Assembly (NCBI GenBank): GCA_036172245.1
Contig: JAYWIR010000001.1
Span: 9,610,001-9,674,000, forward strand
DNA from: Raillietiella orientalis
Taxonomy: Eukaryota
Reading direction: 5' to 3'
DNA: 64,000 nucleotides
How positions within the stretch are numbered: the stretch's first letter is position 1; the number at the start of each line of letters is the position of its first letter. A program made the position numbers and the translations under genes. The notes below the pieces were generated by a model, which searched no databases, was not told the origin of the DNA, and saw only the letters and a program-made list of their open reading frames with translations. Shown here in pieces: positions 45,891 through 58,170 of the stretch.

Positions 45891-48800
45891 CTAAGAAAAA
45901 GGGAACGAAAGACACGTGACACGCGGTGCACCGTCAAAAAGTTCACCAGAAATTCACCGACGCCTTTTTTCACGTGGAGCTGCCGACGCGAGATGCAAAG
46001 AGGCTGGAAGAGCGCGCGGGGAAACTGATTTTGGCGTTCGCGATCCCAGTGCCGCAGAGGGTCCGCGCTCCCCCCCCCCCCCCCCCCCATAGCAGTTCTT
46101 GGCCGTTGCGAAACGGGAGGAACTGCAAGCACACGTGCGCCGATGGGATTCCGGCATCTCACTGGATTCTGGGCAGAGAGGACCTTCGTCCTTCACGTCT
46201 CCATCTCCTGTCCCTGCTTGCTTTAGGTTTGCAAACAAACCAGGAACTTGCATGCTGGCACAGCCACCGCTCTAGCAGAAGCGAAAATTCAGGACAGGGC
46301 TCCACTGGACATGCTCGACGGTTACCATGGTTCCTCAGATCATGTGGAACACTGCCACGCAGTGCGCATTCAAACCGATGGCACCGGAAGAAGCAGAGTG
46401 CTCGTTCGCGTCAAGGGATGGCAAGGAAGACCGTTCCGAGCAGGGAGCACGGAGGGAGATGAAAAGGAGGAACGAGAGTCCCTCCAAAAGCTTTTTGTAG
46501 GCGCCGCCCGTGCTTCCGGGAGTTCGAGCCGGTCAGCCCCACGTTCCAAGCCCTCCCGCGAGTTCACTTTCTCCCTCAGGATATACCCGCTGAGGTCTCA
46601 GGCGATCAGTAAGGAGCCGGGGAATTCGAAGCCGAAATCAGGAAGAAACTTGAACAGGGCGGGGGCAGAAAGCGACGTTTCGCGTGGACGTAGAATTCTC
46701 GTAGGTGAAGAGGAAGGTCCGTCTTCCGTGAATAGGATCGCTGCGCGCAGAGGTCCCGGAGAAACTATCCTTTGTTTCCTAAACGCTCCAGACGGGTTCC
46801 TTCGACCACGAGATAGACGCATCAAGCCTCATCCTTCGAAGGATGGATCCCATCTGCGATATCCACAGTCAGTCCGCAAGCAACAACGAGATCGAGTTTT
46901 CCTCAGTGCGGCTCCAAAACGCAAAAAAGAAAAAAAATGCGTTCTCTACGGGATTTGAAAATCTAGGAAAAACCCTGGAAGCATCGGTGCCGATCGCACT
47001 TCCTGGGAACAACATGGAGAGTGAGGAAACCTCCCAGAGCCGCACTTCATTCCTCCGAAGACAAAAAGATAAAGAATGGAAGAGATCCGCATAAGCGAAG
47101 ACCGGAGAGAATGACAGAGGATGGCAGCCACGTTTCCACAGATGCAAGAAACAGCAATGCATCTTCCTGAGATCACTACTTGTGGAGACGATCATGCTAT
47201 TTTTCCTTCAAGAAAAAAAAAGTGAATGGAACGAACAGATGAAACGAACGGTCCCCTTAGCATGCAAGGGGATGCTGGGACCCGACCAAAGAAGGGCTTC
47301 ATCTCAGAACCCACGGTTTTCCCCTCCCTCTGTTCACCGCGAACGAAGTGGATTTTGAAGAGAAAAAAAAAACAGGGAACGAAAAAACATGGAAAACGTT
47401 TCGTTTAGGTGGACGCATGACGGCGGGATCCCTTCCGGGAAAAAGGAAACATGTGCGCGGCCACTGAAGAATATAGGCAGCGTGGTCTGTCACATCAGAA
47501 CACTATGTTGGCAGCAACAGCCGTCATCACCAAGCTCCCCTGAGAGAGCGAAAGACCCTGTGCAAAGTAGCAGCCAAATAGGAGGTTCTGGACGTCGGTC
47601 GCGAAAACAAGCACTCAAAAGCCCTGAGCATCCTTGGCTGGAGGCAACGATAGGTAACGACATTTCCGACTTCCGGTTCTGCGAATCCACGGGAGCTCCT
47701 GAACGCGAAAAGCATCCGCCGGGTTCAACCTCCGCTAGATGAGACACTCTGGAGGGGTTGAACCGCGTCACCGCGAGGGATGCGACCTCGCGCGCGCGAT
47801 ACAGGAGGAAGCAACCGCCCTCCGTTTCGGGAACCCAGAACAAAAAAGATGCGTGGGTGGGTACGAGGAAGGAAAGAGAAACGAACTCTGGACGACTGCC
47901 AGTCAGTCAGCCAGCCAGCCAGCCAGCCAGTCGGCGAGGCAACGACCGCAGCCCTTGAGCGCTTCCGTGAAAGAAGCTGTTCTTTCGCTTCCAAGAGCAT
48001 CTCCTTCCCCACCTCCCCGAGGATTTGTCCAAGGTAGCAAGGGTCCAACCAGGAGAGGAGAAACCTGCTTTACGTTTGCCTCCTACCGACAGAACGCCGC
48101 CACGAATCGCAGCGTGCGAAAAACCTTGGCGGACGGGAGTCCGCAAAAAGGCAGGAGGTGGAGGAAGAACCATTCTGCTTCCGGTCTCCCTAGCCGCGGA
48201 TCACGCCCGAACTGAACCTCGGGAGGCGGAACGAACATGCCGCACGCACGTGGACGTGGGTGACGCGGCCTCCTGGAACTGCTGCTCACATCTGGGCAAC
48301 AGGACAGAGCAGCACAGAGCACAGCGACAGCACAGAGCAGGGACCCAGACCCTCGAAACCTGGAGGCGCCTCGCGCGCAGGTGACACTCCAGAGGGAAGC
48401 GCTAAGGAATGTTTCGGTCGGTGACCCCGAAGCGAAGAGCTCCGTCCAGGGAGGCAGCCAAGCTGCAAGGGTACAATCCATCTTCGCTTCTATGATGCGA
48501 GAAGCAGGATATTACCTGCCCCTTCCTCCGGCAGCGAAGAAATGCTGCCGCGAAACGAGACGAGAGCCAGCATGGGTTATCGTGGCAAGCCTGCAACTTC
48601 CGAGAGATCCCCGCGTGCAGTCCAATATCGAGAAGCAGAGGTCAGTGAGTCAGAAGTTCAGGGGGGCAGAACCGCGCGCGTATAGCGCTTCCTTCCGCGC
48701 TGGGGCGTGAAGGAGAAGCCACTTGCATGCAGCGTCTCCCGCTGAGACAGACAGCGAGATAAATGCAGGCTGAGAAGCTCTCACTGCAAGTTCCCCTAAC

Positions 48801-50299
48801 TTTCCAGAGATGACGCCACGTCGCTTCCAGACATCGCAACGCCTCCTCCTTCCTTCCTCCTCTTCTTTAGGTCGGTGACCTCAGGCGCGTTTCGGTCCGG
48901 ATATCCGCCCCAGCTGAGCGCTTTAGTGAGCCGCTGCCTTCTCAGCAACGCGCAAGCGTCATTCATAGGAATGGGCGCGCTTCCGTTCCCCTCCCTGATT
49001 CTGTCTCCTCCTCTCCCACCCTTTTTGTTTTTTTTTTTTTTCCTGCGGGGTTGACGAATTCGTCGTCCCCAATGCGACGCCGCCTGTCGCTTGTTTCCTT
49101 CTGGTTCCAGCATATGCCCCGTACCCTATGCGAGTGAGCTACACATGCAGAAAGACCTCTCGGAGAAGCGCTTCCCACAAAGACCTTTAGGAAATCCGTC
49201 CAGCAGCCTGCTAGCAACTAAAAAGGCGCAGGCTTAGGGTGGGGGGCGCAGATCGGAAAACGCGTGCATGTGGTGTGGCAGATTTCCCTCTTGCGTGGAG
49301 TACGAGCAGCATCTGCTGCCTGGAAGCCGAGGGATCTGCAAACCCTCTGTCATTAAACAAATAACAGCAGCAGGCCGCAAGGGTTCCCTCCAGAAATTCA
49401 AGGTTCCGCCGCCGCCACCATCTTCCTGGTCGAAAAGGACGGAGAAGGAAGCCTCGCATTCAGCGACCGTTTCCAAGTTCTGCCTCGAAACCCTCCCAAT
49501 CATCACTACCATTCACCCACCATCATAACTTCAACCTGTGAGGTGTGGCAGGCAGCCAGTCGTTTACACGCACCAGCTGGGAACCGCGACAAGGGTGGGT
49601 GAGAAAGTGAGACGCCGCGCTGCTAACGATCTGCGACCTTGACCGAGACTTTCTCTTCCGGAGGAGAGAGCTTTCCCCACCCCACCCCACCTTTCCTCCA
49701 GGACGCCCCTGAATGCAAAGCAGCGAGTCCCCCCTACGATGGCCCTGAAGCCCTGTTGGACCCGACGCCAGCCGAGCGTACAACCCTGGATCCATATGCT
49801 CCTTGCTGCTCCCCATTCCTCTCGTAAGCTCCAACTTTGCTTTCCAAGGGACCGTCTTCTCAGCACCACATTCCTCCAAAAGAAAGCAGAAAGAAAAAAG
49901 CCAACCAACCATAGGTGCTGCGAGGAGTAGGAGGTCAGGGGTCGAGAACCGAAATCGGCCTGCCTGTGATGCAAAAAAGAGGCTATGGCTGCGCTCACCA
50001 ATCAGTACGTATCGCGAAAAAGTGTGCTCAGAGAGATAGCCCGAGGCGGGAAGTTGTTGGCACCCAAGATAAAAAAAAACGCCCGAAAAGAATGACAATC
50101 CGAAAGACACCACCCTTTCGGATGCTGCCGCTCGCTCCGTCTCTTGAAAGGTCATTTGGACACTCGTGCTTGGCTTCCAGTTTGCACGGGGTCAAAGAGG
50201 CAGATCGCATGGTCTTTTACTGCGAGCAGTTGCATTTCACAAACGGAACGTAGCAACACCTTCGTTGCGGCTTCTTGGGTTGCTTGAACCATTCTCGGC

Positions 50300-52300
50300 G
50301 TTTTGTGTTCCAAATAGTCGGACGGCAGAGAGGAGAAAAAGGAAAAGAAAACGAAAAGTTTCCATTATCGGCGGCAGCAGCGAATCGTCCACGACTGGGC
50401 CGATTAGGACTTTTGGAACCAGGGCAATCTAATCTCTTATCGCTTCCCCCACTCTATCTCCCGAATTCTAAAAAACGAAAAAAAAAAAAAAAAAACAAAG
50501 TAACACAGAGAGAGAGAGGGAGAGGGGAGGAAGGAGATTCGTACTTATCGATTTCAAAAAGCCGAACACACATAACGTGAAAAGATAGCTTTTTTTTTCT
50601 TCTTCTTCTTCTTCTTCTTCTTCTTCCTTTTTTTGTCTTCCCCTGGACAGCAGGATCTATTTCGAAAACACCTCGCCTTGGGCCGCTGCCGCCGAGGAAC
50701 CGAGAAGCCAATAAAACGAATATTTTCACGTCACCTGCTCCGGCTCGGCGAGAGCACGCCGGCGAAATTTCCTCGTCCACAACCTCGCAACCATCCGAAA
50801 GTGCCGAAACTCTTTACCGCGACGAGGCCCATCATTTGTCATCCTTTACGATAATTCTGAGAACTCCGCTGCAAGCCGGGATCATAAAGGCAAGGGGAAG
50901 AAAATCCGGTTGCTCCTCCAGCCTCCTCGTTGGAAAAAGCGCACGGTTCGCGCTTGGGAAACACCCGTGGAGCACCAACACCGTGTGGGAAACTCGTACC
51001 GCACACCTACACGAAAACGCACGCAGGACTAGGCTGCATTTGGGGGGGGGGGGGGCTTTCAGCGTCCAAATGCTGGCAGGCCACGGAAACGACTTAAAAT
51101 TGCGAGCACGGAGGAAACGGAAGACGCAACAATAAGCACAGATTTCAGGGTACGCAGAGTACCCAGGGAAATCCAAAGCGTACCAAAAGCTTTCTACGAT
51201 TTTTTTTTTTTTAGAAAAAACAAAAATAAAAAATAAAAAAAAAACCTACAGACACCCTGATGCTTCAAAGCATGGAAATCCAAAAATACACCGGGCACAC
51301 AATTCCCGAAAAACTAGTCTCAAATCCTTTATTCGCTACAAAGTGTTACAAAATGCTGCTGCAGCCATTGTAATTATTTATTTACGAATAACCAGGAAAA
51401 TGCAAAAAACATGCCCAACACAAAATATTTTATTTATCTATATATAGATAGATATAGACATAATCATCTTATTCGAACCAAGTTCTCGCATGGTTCCCGA
51501 TACGAAATCGGGGCCACACAACCAGCCATTCACTCTCACAGCGCGCTTCGCAGGAGAGCCGGAAAAAACGAAAAAGGAAAGCACAAAAAATCGCACATTC
51601 ATGTTTCCCAGACTTTAAAACGACATTTCACGCAGAACGAACGGTGACGTAAAGTCGATTGCACCACGGCACGCCATTCAGCCGGAAACACCCCGATGCA
51701 GAGCTGGTCTGTTCGTGAGCGTCTATCACCACTACACGTGACTCACCTAAAATCACGACGGAATCACTGCTCCTCGTCTTCGACAGGGAACCATTCCGCC
51801 TTTGCGACGAGTAGTGACTGCACCGCCCTTCCAAACGCAACTGATCACGATCGCAAATTAAGCATAAGAATTCACGCAACGAAACAATACGCATATGACC
51901 TTTGTCTGAGATCAAGTAACCGTTGCTCGCAGGCTGCTCTGCTGCTGCTGCTGCTGCTGCTGCTGCAACAGGAAAACTTTCGGGCGATAGCCTCCCGTGG
52001 TTATGCCATCCCGCGGTACTTCATTTTCGGATATGCGCAGAACAAGTCGGGGGTATTTCATTAGCTAGTAGTGGCTGTTACGTCACCGGAAATCGGAACA
52101 TGCTAATCAACCACAAGAAAGAATCCCAATTCGGGGGGAAAGAGGGGAGGGGTGTTTTCTTGTCTTTTTTGCTCTTTTTTTTTTGGTTTTGCTTTTGTTT
52201 TTCCGTTGGATTTTGGGATTGCTGGTTGTCGGACAGTCTGCACACCCTGGTTTGTGTGTTTCCACTGTTTGCTTCTGGGCATTTCTCTGACCGAAGAGGG
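50300..52300. promoter_or_regulatory. AT-rich island, candidate DGK 5'UTR/promoter region
   Basis: Visible drop in GC with many A/T homopolymers, (CTT)n at ~50598-50625 and (CTG)n at ~51939-51965. It contains the candidate DGK start. Confidence 0.35.
50545..50573 (-). CDS. DGKH/DGKD-like: Candidate first coding exon of DGK (MCVRLFEID-K)
   Basis: ATG at 50573 and a phase-2 donor AA|GTACGA at 50544 that fits the phase-2 exon at 45890. It lies within the AT-rich island. Confidence 0.4.
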
Positions 52301-55300
52301 GAAAAAGGAGGAGAGAGAGGCACTCCGTGTCAAGGTCAGGAGCGCACGGTTGAGCAGTTTCTTTACTGGGAAACTTTCCCTTTTTGAGTCGAATCCATCC
52401 GGGACCCAAGGCCACGCAGTTTGAAGGTCAGGGTGGAATCAGATGGCTGGAAAATGTGGGGGAAGCGGAAGCGAGCTGCCTCTTCGTCCAAGATGCTCGA
52501 GGGGGCGTTTGGTCCTCGGAGGGAGGTGGGAAGTGCGCAGTCACTCCGCGTCTCTTGCTCCCCCGGCCGCGGCTGCCGATCTGCCCTTCCTCCTGCCCCA
52601 CGCTTGCAGTCGATAGGGGGCGTCGCCTGCCCACTCGTTTCTGACCATGTTCCGAGTGCACCAGGAACGTGATCAAAACTCCTATCTGCTTTACGCTTCT
52701 CCAGCTCACCCTCACAGGGAAGGCCGAGAAGAAAAGACTGAGGGGAGAGGAAGAGGTGCATGACGGGAGCCCACGTGGGAGGGAGGAAGGAGAGTGGGGG
52801 CAAAATAAGGGACCGGAAGGGGTAAAAAGTCTTCTCCCGCTCTCTCTCTCTCTCTCTCTAATCCGTCACTTTGCGAAAGCTTCCGCTTCGCGCCGGCTCC
52901 CTCTCTGCCTACAAAATGCCCACTTTTGCACAGGTTCCCTGGGGATGAACCGACAGACCCCTTTCTGCCCCTTTCCCTCGTCTTTCCCAAGCTGCATGGA
53001 AATCGAGATAAGGCGTTCGGTAGTCCGAGAGGAACAGCTCCTCAGACCCACGGAGGGCGAGGGCACTGGCGAATGCCCGCGACCTTGCCGCCCCAGTCCT
53101 CCTTGCACCCTACGGGTGCCTCTGCAACACCCCCTCGACCGCGCAAACGGTCAAAGGCTGGGGCTGAGCCGGGGCTCACGGCAGGTGCGGGCGCCGAGCG
53201 TGCCTGCAGGGATCGCCCACTAGCGAGCGTGCAGACGGGCGCAGCCGGTGTCAACGGCAATGGGAGAGCGGGAAAGAGACGCTGCTGCCACCGCCGGCGG
53301 CCTGGGGGACTAGAAGGTCCTTGCGCAGAGGCGAGTCCCTGCTCTCGCACCTACTGCGAAACGGGAGGTTCTGGTGTTCCCTACGTCGGACAAGAGGACC
53401 CTTGCCCCCTGAGGATTGCCCATGAAGAAGCTTTTAAAAAAAGGAAAACGCGCACTTACGCGTGCCTAGCCGTGACCTCTTGTGGAAAAGAGAAAATACA
53501 TGAGTTTTTTTTTTTCTTTTCCTTTTTTCTTTCTTTTTTTCTTTTCGTGCTTGCGTGCGCACGTGCGTGCGTGATTTCTTCGCTCCGCGGTGTTGACCTT
53601 CACGAGCGCCGCCGACGTGCTCCCGCTCGAAAACTCACGTGACTTCAAGCCGGGTATGAACTCCGAAGGTATTCAAACGAGCCAATGAGAATCGCAGTAG
53701 GATAGGAGCAAACCAATGGTGTGCCGGAGTCGCTCTTTGCTCGTTGACGTGAGAACCAGTGGCTCCTTGATGATGAAGCAAAGAGGAAATGTAACGGCAA
53801 AGGCACTTGCTGTTCCCCCCCCCTCCCCCATTCCTCCCAGCTCCGGAAAAAAACGGTTCTTCTCTCGTTGCCCTTTCCTCTCGGTCCAACAGAGATGCCG
53901 CCGGCGACGACCTCTGGCGAGGAAGACTCGGGAGGCAACCTCCGCTTCCCACAACCCCTTCGCCCTTTATTCCCCCCCCCCTCCTCGTGCGGCGACCTCA
54001 TCCACGGGTGTCCACCAGGGGAATTCGAGATGGCGAACTGCGCGCCATCCACCCGTCCATCTGCCCTTCCCCGGGGATGACTCAGAGTCCTCCGCGGAGG
54101 CTGGCTCGTGAGGGGAGATTTCCCCCGTACTCTCGGTAGGAGGGAGGACGGTGCTGCGGGATCCCCGGATCTCCTCCTGTCCTCCCCCACTCCCACTCCA
54201 CTTTTCCGCTCCCTTTTCCCCGGATGGAGAAAAGGCTTCTCATAGAGGAGCGGAATCCCCGGCCCCGGGGAGCAATACACCTGGAGACCGCGTTCCTCGC
54301 GGAAGACTCCCCTGGATTCAGGGTGCGTGGGAGGTACCGCAGCCCGGTGGAGGGCGAGACCGCCGCAAGGACCGAGATCACCGGGTTGACCCGGGTTCGC
54401 GCCTCCTTGCAACCGGCACAGGCTCTGACCAAGCACTGACGACGAAGATCGCGAACGGTAGCAGCCGCGGGCCGACCCCTACTCGCCACCCCTCTCAGGT
54501 TTGCATCTCCTGGAGCCGGTCGTCACGACAACGGCCGTCCAAAGAACCTTTGAGCCCACGTAGTGCGCACTGGGGCCAGTGGACCGCAGACCCTCCTTCA
54601 GGGAACCAGGGAGCCCCCAGGGAGATGCTGAGGACACTCCCGGGGGGGAGGAGGGTCCCTCCGCCTTCCCTGCCACCTCGTCCGCGGCGAGTCTCGAAGA
54701 CAGTCCTCCGCAGGGGTCGCGTCCCAGGGCTGTCCAAGGCAACCCTTCGATGGCGGCGGAAGGGTCACCCACGAGGTCCAGCGCAAACTGACCGGCTCTC
54801 CGGTCATGTGTCGATCCCACGCAGCTCCCCAGAGGCACCACTTGGCGGAGAGTGCCGCCGTCTCCTCCCGTCCCTTCCCCACATCCCTAGAGGGAGGACT
54901 GCGCGCCCTACTTCCGGCAGGGGAGCCCGCTTACTCGCTGCTCCCAGGGAGATCCTGCGAGTACCCCCTGGGCGGTCGATTCCCCCTACGTCGGGATGGT
55001 TTGTCCCCAGCCTACCCACTCTCCCTATCCCTCCCCTTCCCGCCTGCCCCCCCAGCGAGGTGGCAATGGTCCTTCTTGTTTTGAAATCCTGCCTTTCTGC
55101 CTCTTCCCGAATGGGTCCTGCCTGCTCGCACGAGGCTGCTGCCGTCCGATCTCAGGTCCTCCGGACTGGCGAAGAGGGCCCTCAGGGGCTCCTCCGAGTT
55201 TGCGCCCCTCCTTCCCCCCCTGTCCCTCAAAAGAGCCTCTCCGTTTCTCCCTTGGCAAGGCGTTGTCCTCTCCGGCCCACGCGCTCGTTCCGGTGGCGTT

Positions 55301-56149
55301 CCTGCCTCCGGGTGTTCGCCGAGGGAACTCAGCGGTCCGTCAGCCCTCCTGGGTCCCCCAGCCTTTTCTGCGGAGCCAACTGCCCACCATGGCCTGGGAC
55401 TTCGGATGAGGAAAGAGTCGAGGGATTGCTGCAGGAGATGGACTCGGCATCTCGCTCCAGAGCATCCATCGCTCTCACCACCACGATGCCGTCATCGTGG
55501 AGCTACCTTCTGGAGCCCTCTCGCGTCCTCGTGACCACCCTTTGCTCGCTCCTTCCGTGGGGAGCCACACCCTTGGAAGTCGGGGACTCTCCGGGAGCCG
55601 GCTGGTCGGCCGTCCCTAGCGCATCCAGGGAGGGAAGAGCGAGTTTCAGGATGGCACCGCAGGCAAGCGTGGCGGCTGTGGCGCCATGAGGGCGACCTTC
55701 AGCGTTCTCCCGCGTTAGACAAGAGCTCCAGAGCGTGACGCGCTGCTGCAGAGCCCCGTAGCGAGAAGGGCTGACCATCCTCCCCAGGGATGGCTCTCCT
55801 CGTCTTCCCATGCCGACCACACCTCTGCCATCTCTTCTCCACCGCAACTCAGCAGCGTGGCAACCAGCAACACACCAGTCTACCACCTTTTGCCCGCGGC
55901 CCCCTACGCACTTTTTCCACTCTTTTTTTCACAGTTAAATTTCTCTCCCCTTACAGGAAACTTCCTTGCACCTGCTCTTCGGCGTGTTCCCATTCCACGT
56001 TTTTTTTTAATTTCCTTTCTTTTTTTAAAATTTTCATTTCTTCTAATTTTTCTTTCCTTTTTCTTATTCCACTTTTTTTTAAATTTCTCTTTGTCTTCAT
56101 TCCGTTTTGTTGTACGGCCATTCGATTTATACTTTGGTTGAGGAAACCG

Positions 56150-57660
56150 CTAACCATAAAGCCTCGAATTGCGGATTTCCGGAGGAACTCCTGCCACCAA
56201 CCAAGAGCTCACTTCCAATACGATCGATCCTTTTAAAATGCCAAGCTGTTCGCTTCTGGAGTCCTTCTGCCTTCGTGGCTCCCCTCTTCCGCCCCTGTTT
56301 TTTGTTTGTCCGCCCTCCTACGAGGCGAAGCTCCAGGCTCAGAACCTGTTGAGGAACACCCTGTGGGGAACTGCGAGATCCAGAATCCTCCTCAGACTTG
56401 GCGGCTCCACGTTGGGATGTCGGCTTGGGCGTCCTGACGCTGAAGAGACTCGGACTACAGGTGCAGTTCCGAATACTGGTGCTCTGTGCTTGGCACCAGT
56501 ATTCGGAACTGTTCCCCGTTGTGTGCACCTGCACTCCTCATTCTGCGGAGATGCGCCGGCAGCGAAGGACTGCTTTCGTTGCTGCCGAGCACCCATAACG
56601 GGATGCGAGGATTCTACAAGTCGTCCCTCTAGTGGAAGCCCAACCGTGGATATCCTGCCTCCGGCAGGAGGCTGTTGAATTTTGAGATGAATTCCAGAGA
56701 ATGCACCCTGAAGATCTTTGACCCTTGCGACATTATTGCCACTTGCTTCGAAAGTAGTGATGCAGGACACAGCAAAATGGCTGACCCTGGCCGCTATATC
56801 TCTTGCCTCAGAGCTGTCCGTCCTCAGGACAAGAGACGAGAGTAACCGACCGGCGAGATGGGAGTTTTTCTGCACCATCGTGGTAAGGACGAAAACTCTT
56901 TGGCAGCTGGAAGACGCGCGAGTTGGTGGATGCTGCCACTCCGCATGCTGTGGTCACGGGACTCCTTTGATGGAGTGAGCTCTTGAGTGTTGTCCCCGAA
57001 GAACTCGGCACTTCTGTATCCCCCCTCAGACTGTGCTGCTCCTCCTCCACCGGGGATTGCGACTCAACGAGTGGCGGCACCACCTTTCTGCAGGGGTTGC
57101 ATCCCTGAACTGTTGTTCCAGGTGACAGGTTGGCGGAGTCGATCCCACCGCATCTGCATTTGGACTGCAGTGCCCTCCAGGAACTGTGGCGAAGGCTGGC
57201 GTCAGCGCTCCTGCACCAGGAGGACGCCGCATGCGACCTCCTCAATGGTTCTTCGCGCCGGAAGGACTTTCGACGGGCGCGGCGACCGCAACCATAGGTT
57301 GCCATCGTCACGGCCCGCCATGTGCTGGACAAGATGACGGAATGAAGGGAGGTCACCGGGATGGCAATCGCCTACATGAGGACGGCTGCAAGGCGGTCTC
57401 ACCTGCAAGAAATGAAGGAGGAGATCACCGGCATCCAGCTCCGGTTATGAAAAGAAGGAACGGCCGTCACCGATGATCTTTGTCTTCAGTCTCCCTGTAT
57501 TTATTTTGTTTTTTTCATTGCCCATTCCCCTTCGCTCCTGACCTTTCCCGGTCTTTATATTTTCCTCGGTGTATATGGAGTGACATCAAAGACCCTTACC
57601 CCATCCCCCCCGCACTTCCTGTTTTTTTTTGTTTTTGCTGTCTCTTTTACCCTGCCTCCC
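56150..57660 (+). mobile_element. Decayed 3' half of the Tx1/L1-type LINE family with T-rich 3'UTR
   Basis: SAFVAPLFR...NLLRNTLWG...GLGVLTLKRLGLQVQFR aligns with host 7790-8020. LLHRGLRLNEWRHH...PHLHLDCSALQELW (57030-57190) is the zinc-finger region. T-rich UTR at 57480-57660. Confidence 0.75.
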
Positions 57661-57819
57661 GTTACAGACTTACGGATATCCCGACCTGCTTTTTGAGGGA
57701 CCCTTCCCCTGAACTTCTTTTGTCTTCCCTTGGGAACCAGCGTGTTCCAGTGTCTTCTCTACTGGTTCATTTTTTACTAAATGAACGCCCCTGCGTGACC
57801 AGGTGAAAACTTTCTGCCT

Positions 57820-58170
57820 CCGGGGGCTTTGGTGGTGGCAATCGATCTGCAGAAAGCGTTCGACTGCGTCAATGACGAAGTCCTTGTGGAGCTCTTGCAG
57901 CGCGTACAAGCTGACACTGGCCAACCTGCCTAGTCTCTGCCCTTGCGCATCGCCCGTGGCTGCCTACGCGGATGACCTGCTTCTCCTGCTGCCCATAGCT
58001 ACTCCGGCAGCAAGGTTCGAAGAATTCTTCGTCGGGGTGCGGGCATGAACATCAACGGGGCAAAGTACACGGCCGTGCCGGTGGGTGCGTCATGGGAAGG
58101 ACAACCCGACTGGATCCGTTGGACTCCTGGTGTTGTTGGACTGCGGCACCCTTCAGAAACCGTGGCGAAG
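57820..58170 (+). mobile_element. Internally deleted RT fragment of the same Tx1/L1-type family
   Basis: GALVVAIDLQKAFD is followed almost directly by AYKLTLANLPSLCP..PVAAYADDLLLLLP and GMNINGAK..VPVGASWEGQPDW, matching host 6360-6400 and 7410-7640. Confidence 0.85.

Noticed and set aside
49380..49459. MRGFLLRPFRPGRWWRRRNLEFLEGTL as the DGK PH start
   Set aside because: Superficially PH-like, but preceded by an in-frame stop and lacking clear compatible splice sites; the 45890 exon fits better.
51435..51450. 16-bp palindrome TATCTATATATAGATA
   Set aside because: Explained by (TA)n/(GATA)n microsatellite; not counted in the palindrome set.
54151..55689. 512-aa ORF, and MVDWCVAGC (THAP-like start) on the opposite strand at 55886
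   Set aside because: Pro/Arg/Ser-rich GC artefact; the remaining THAP residues (FP, W, CxxHF) are absent.
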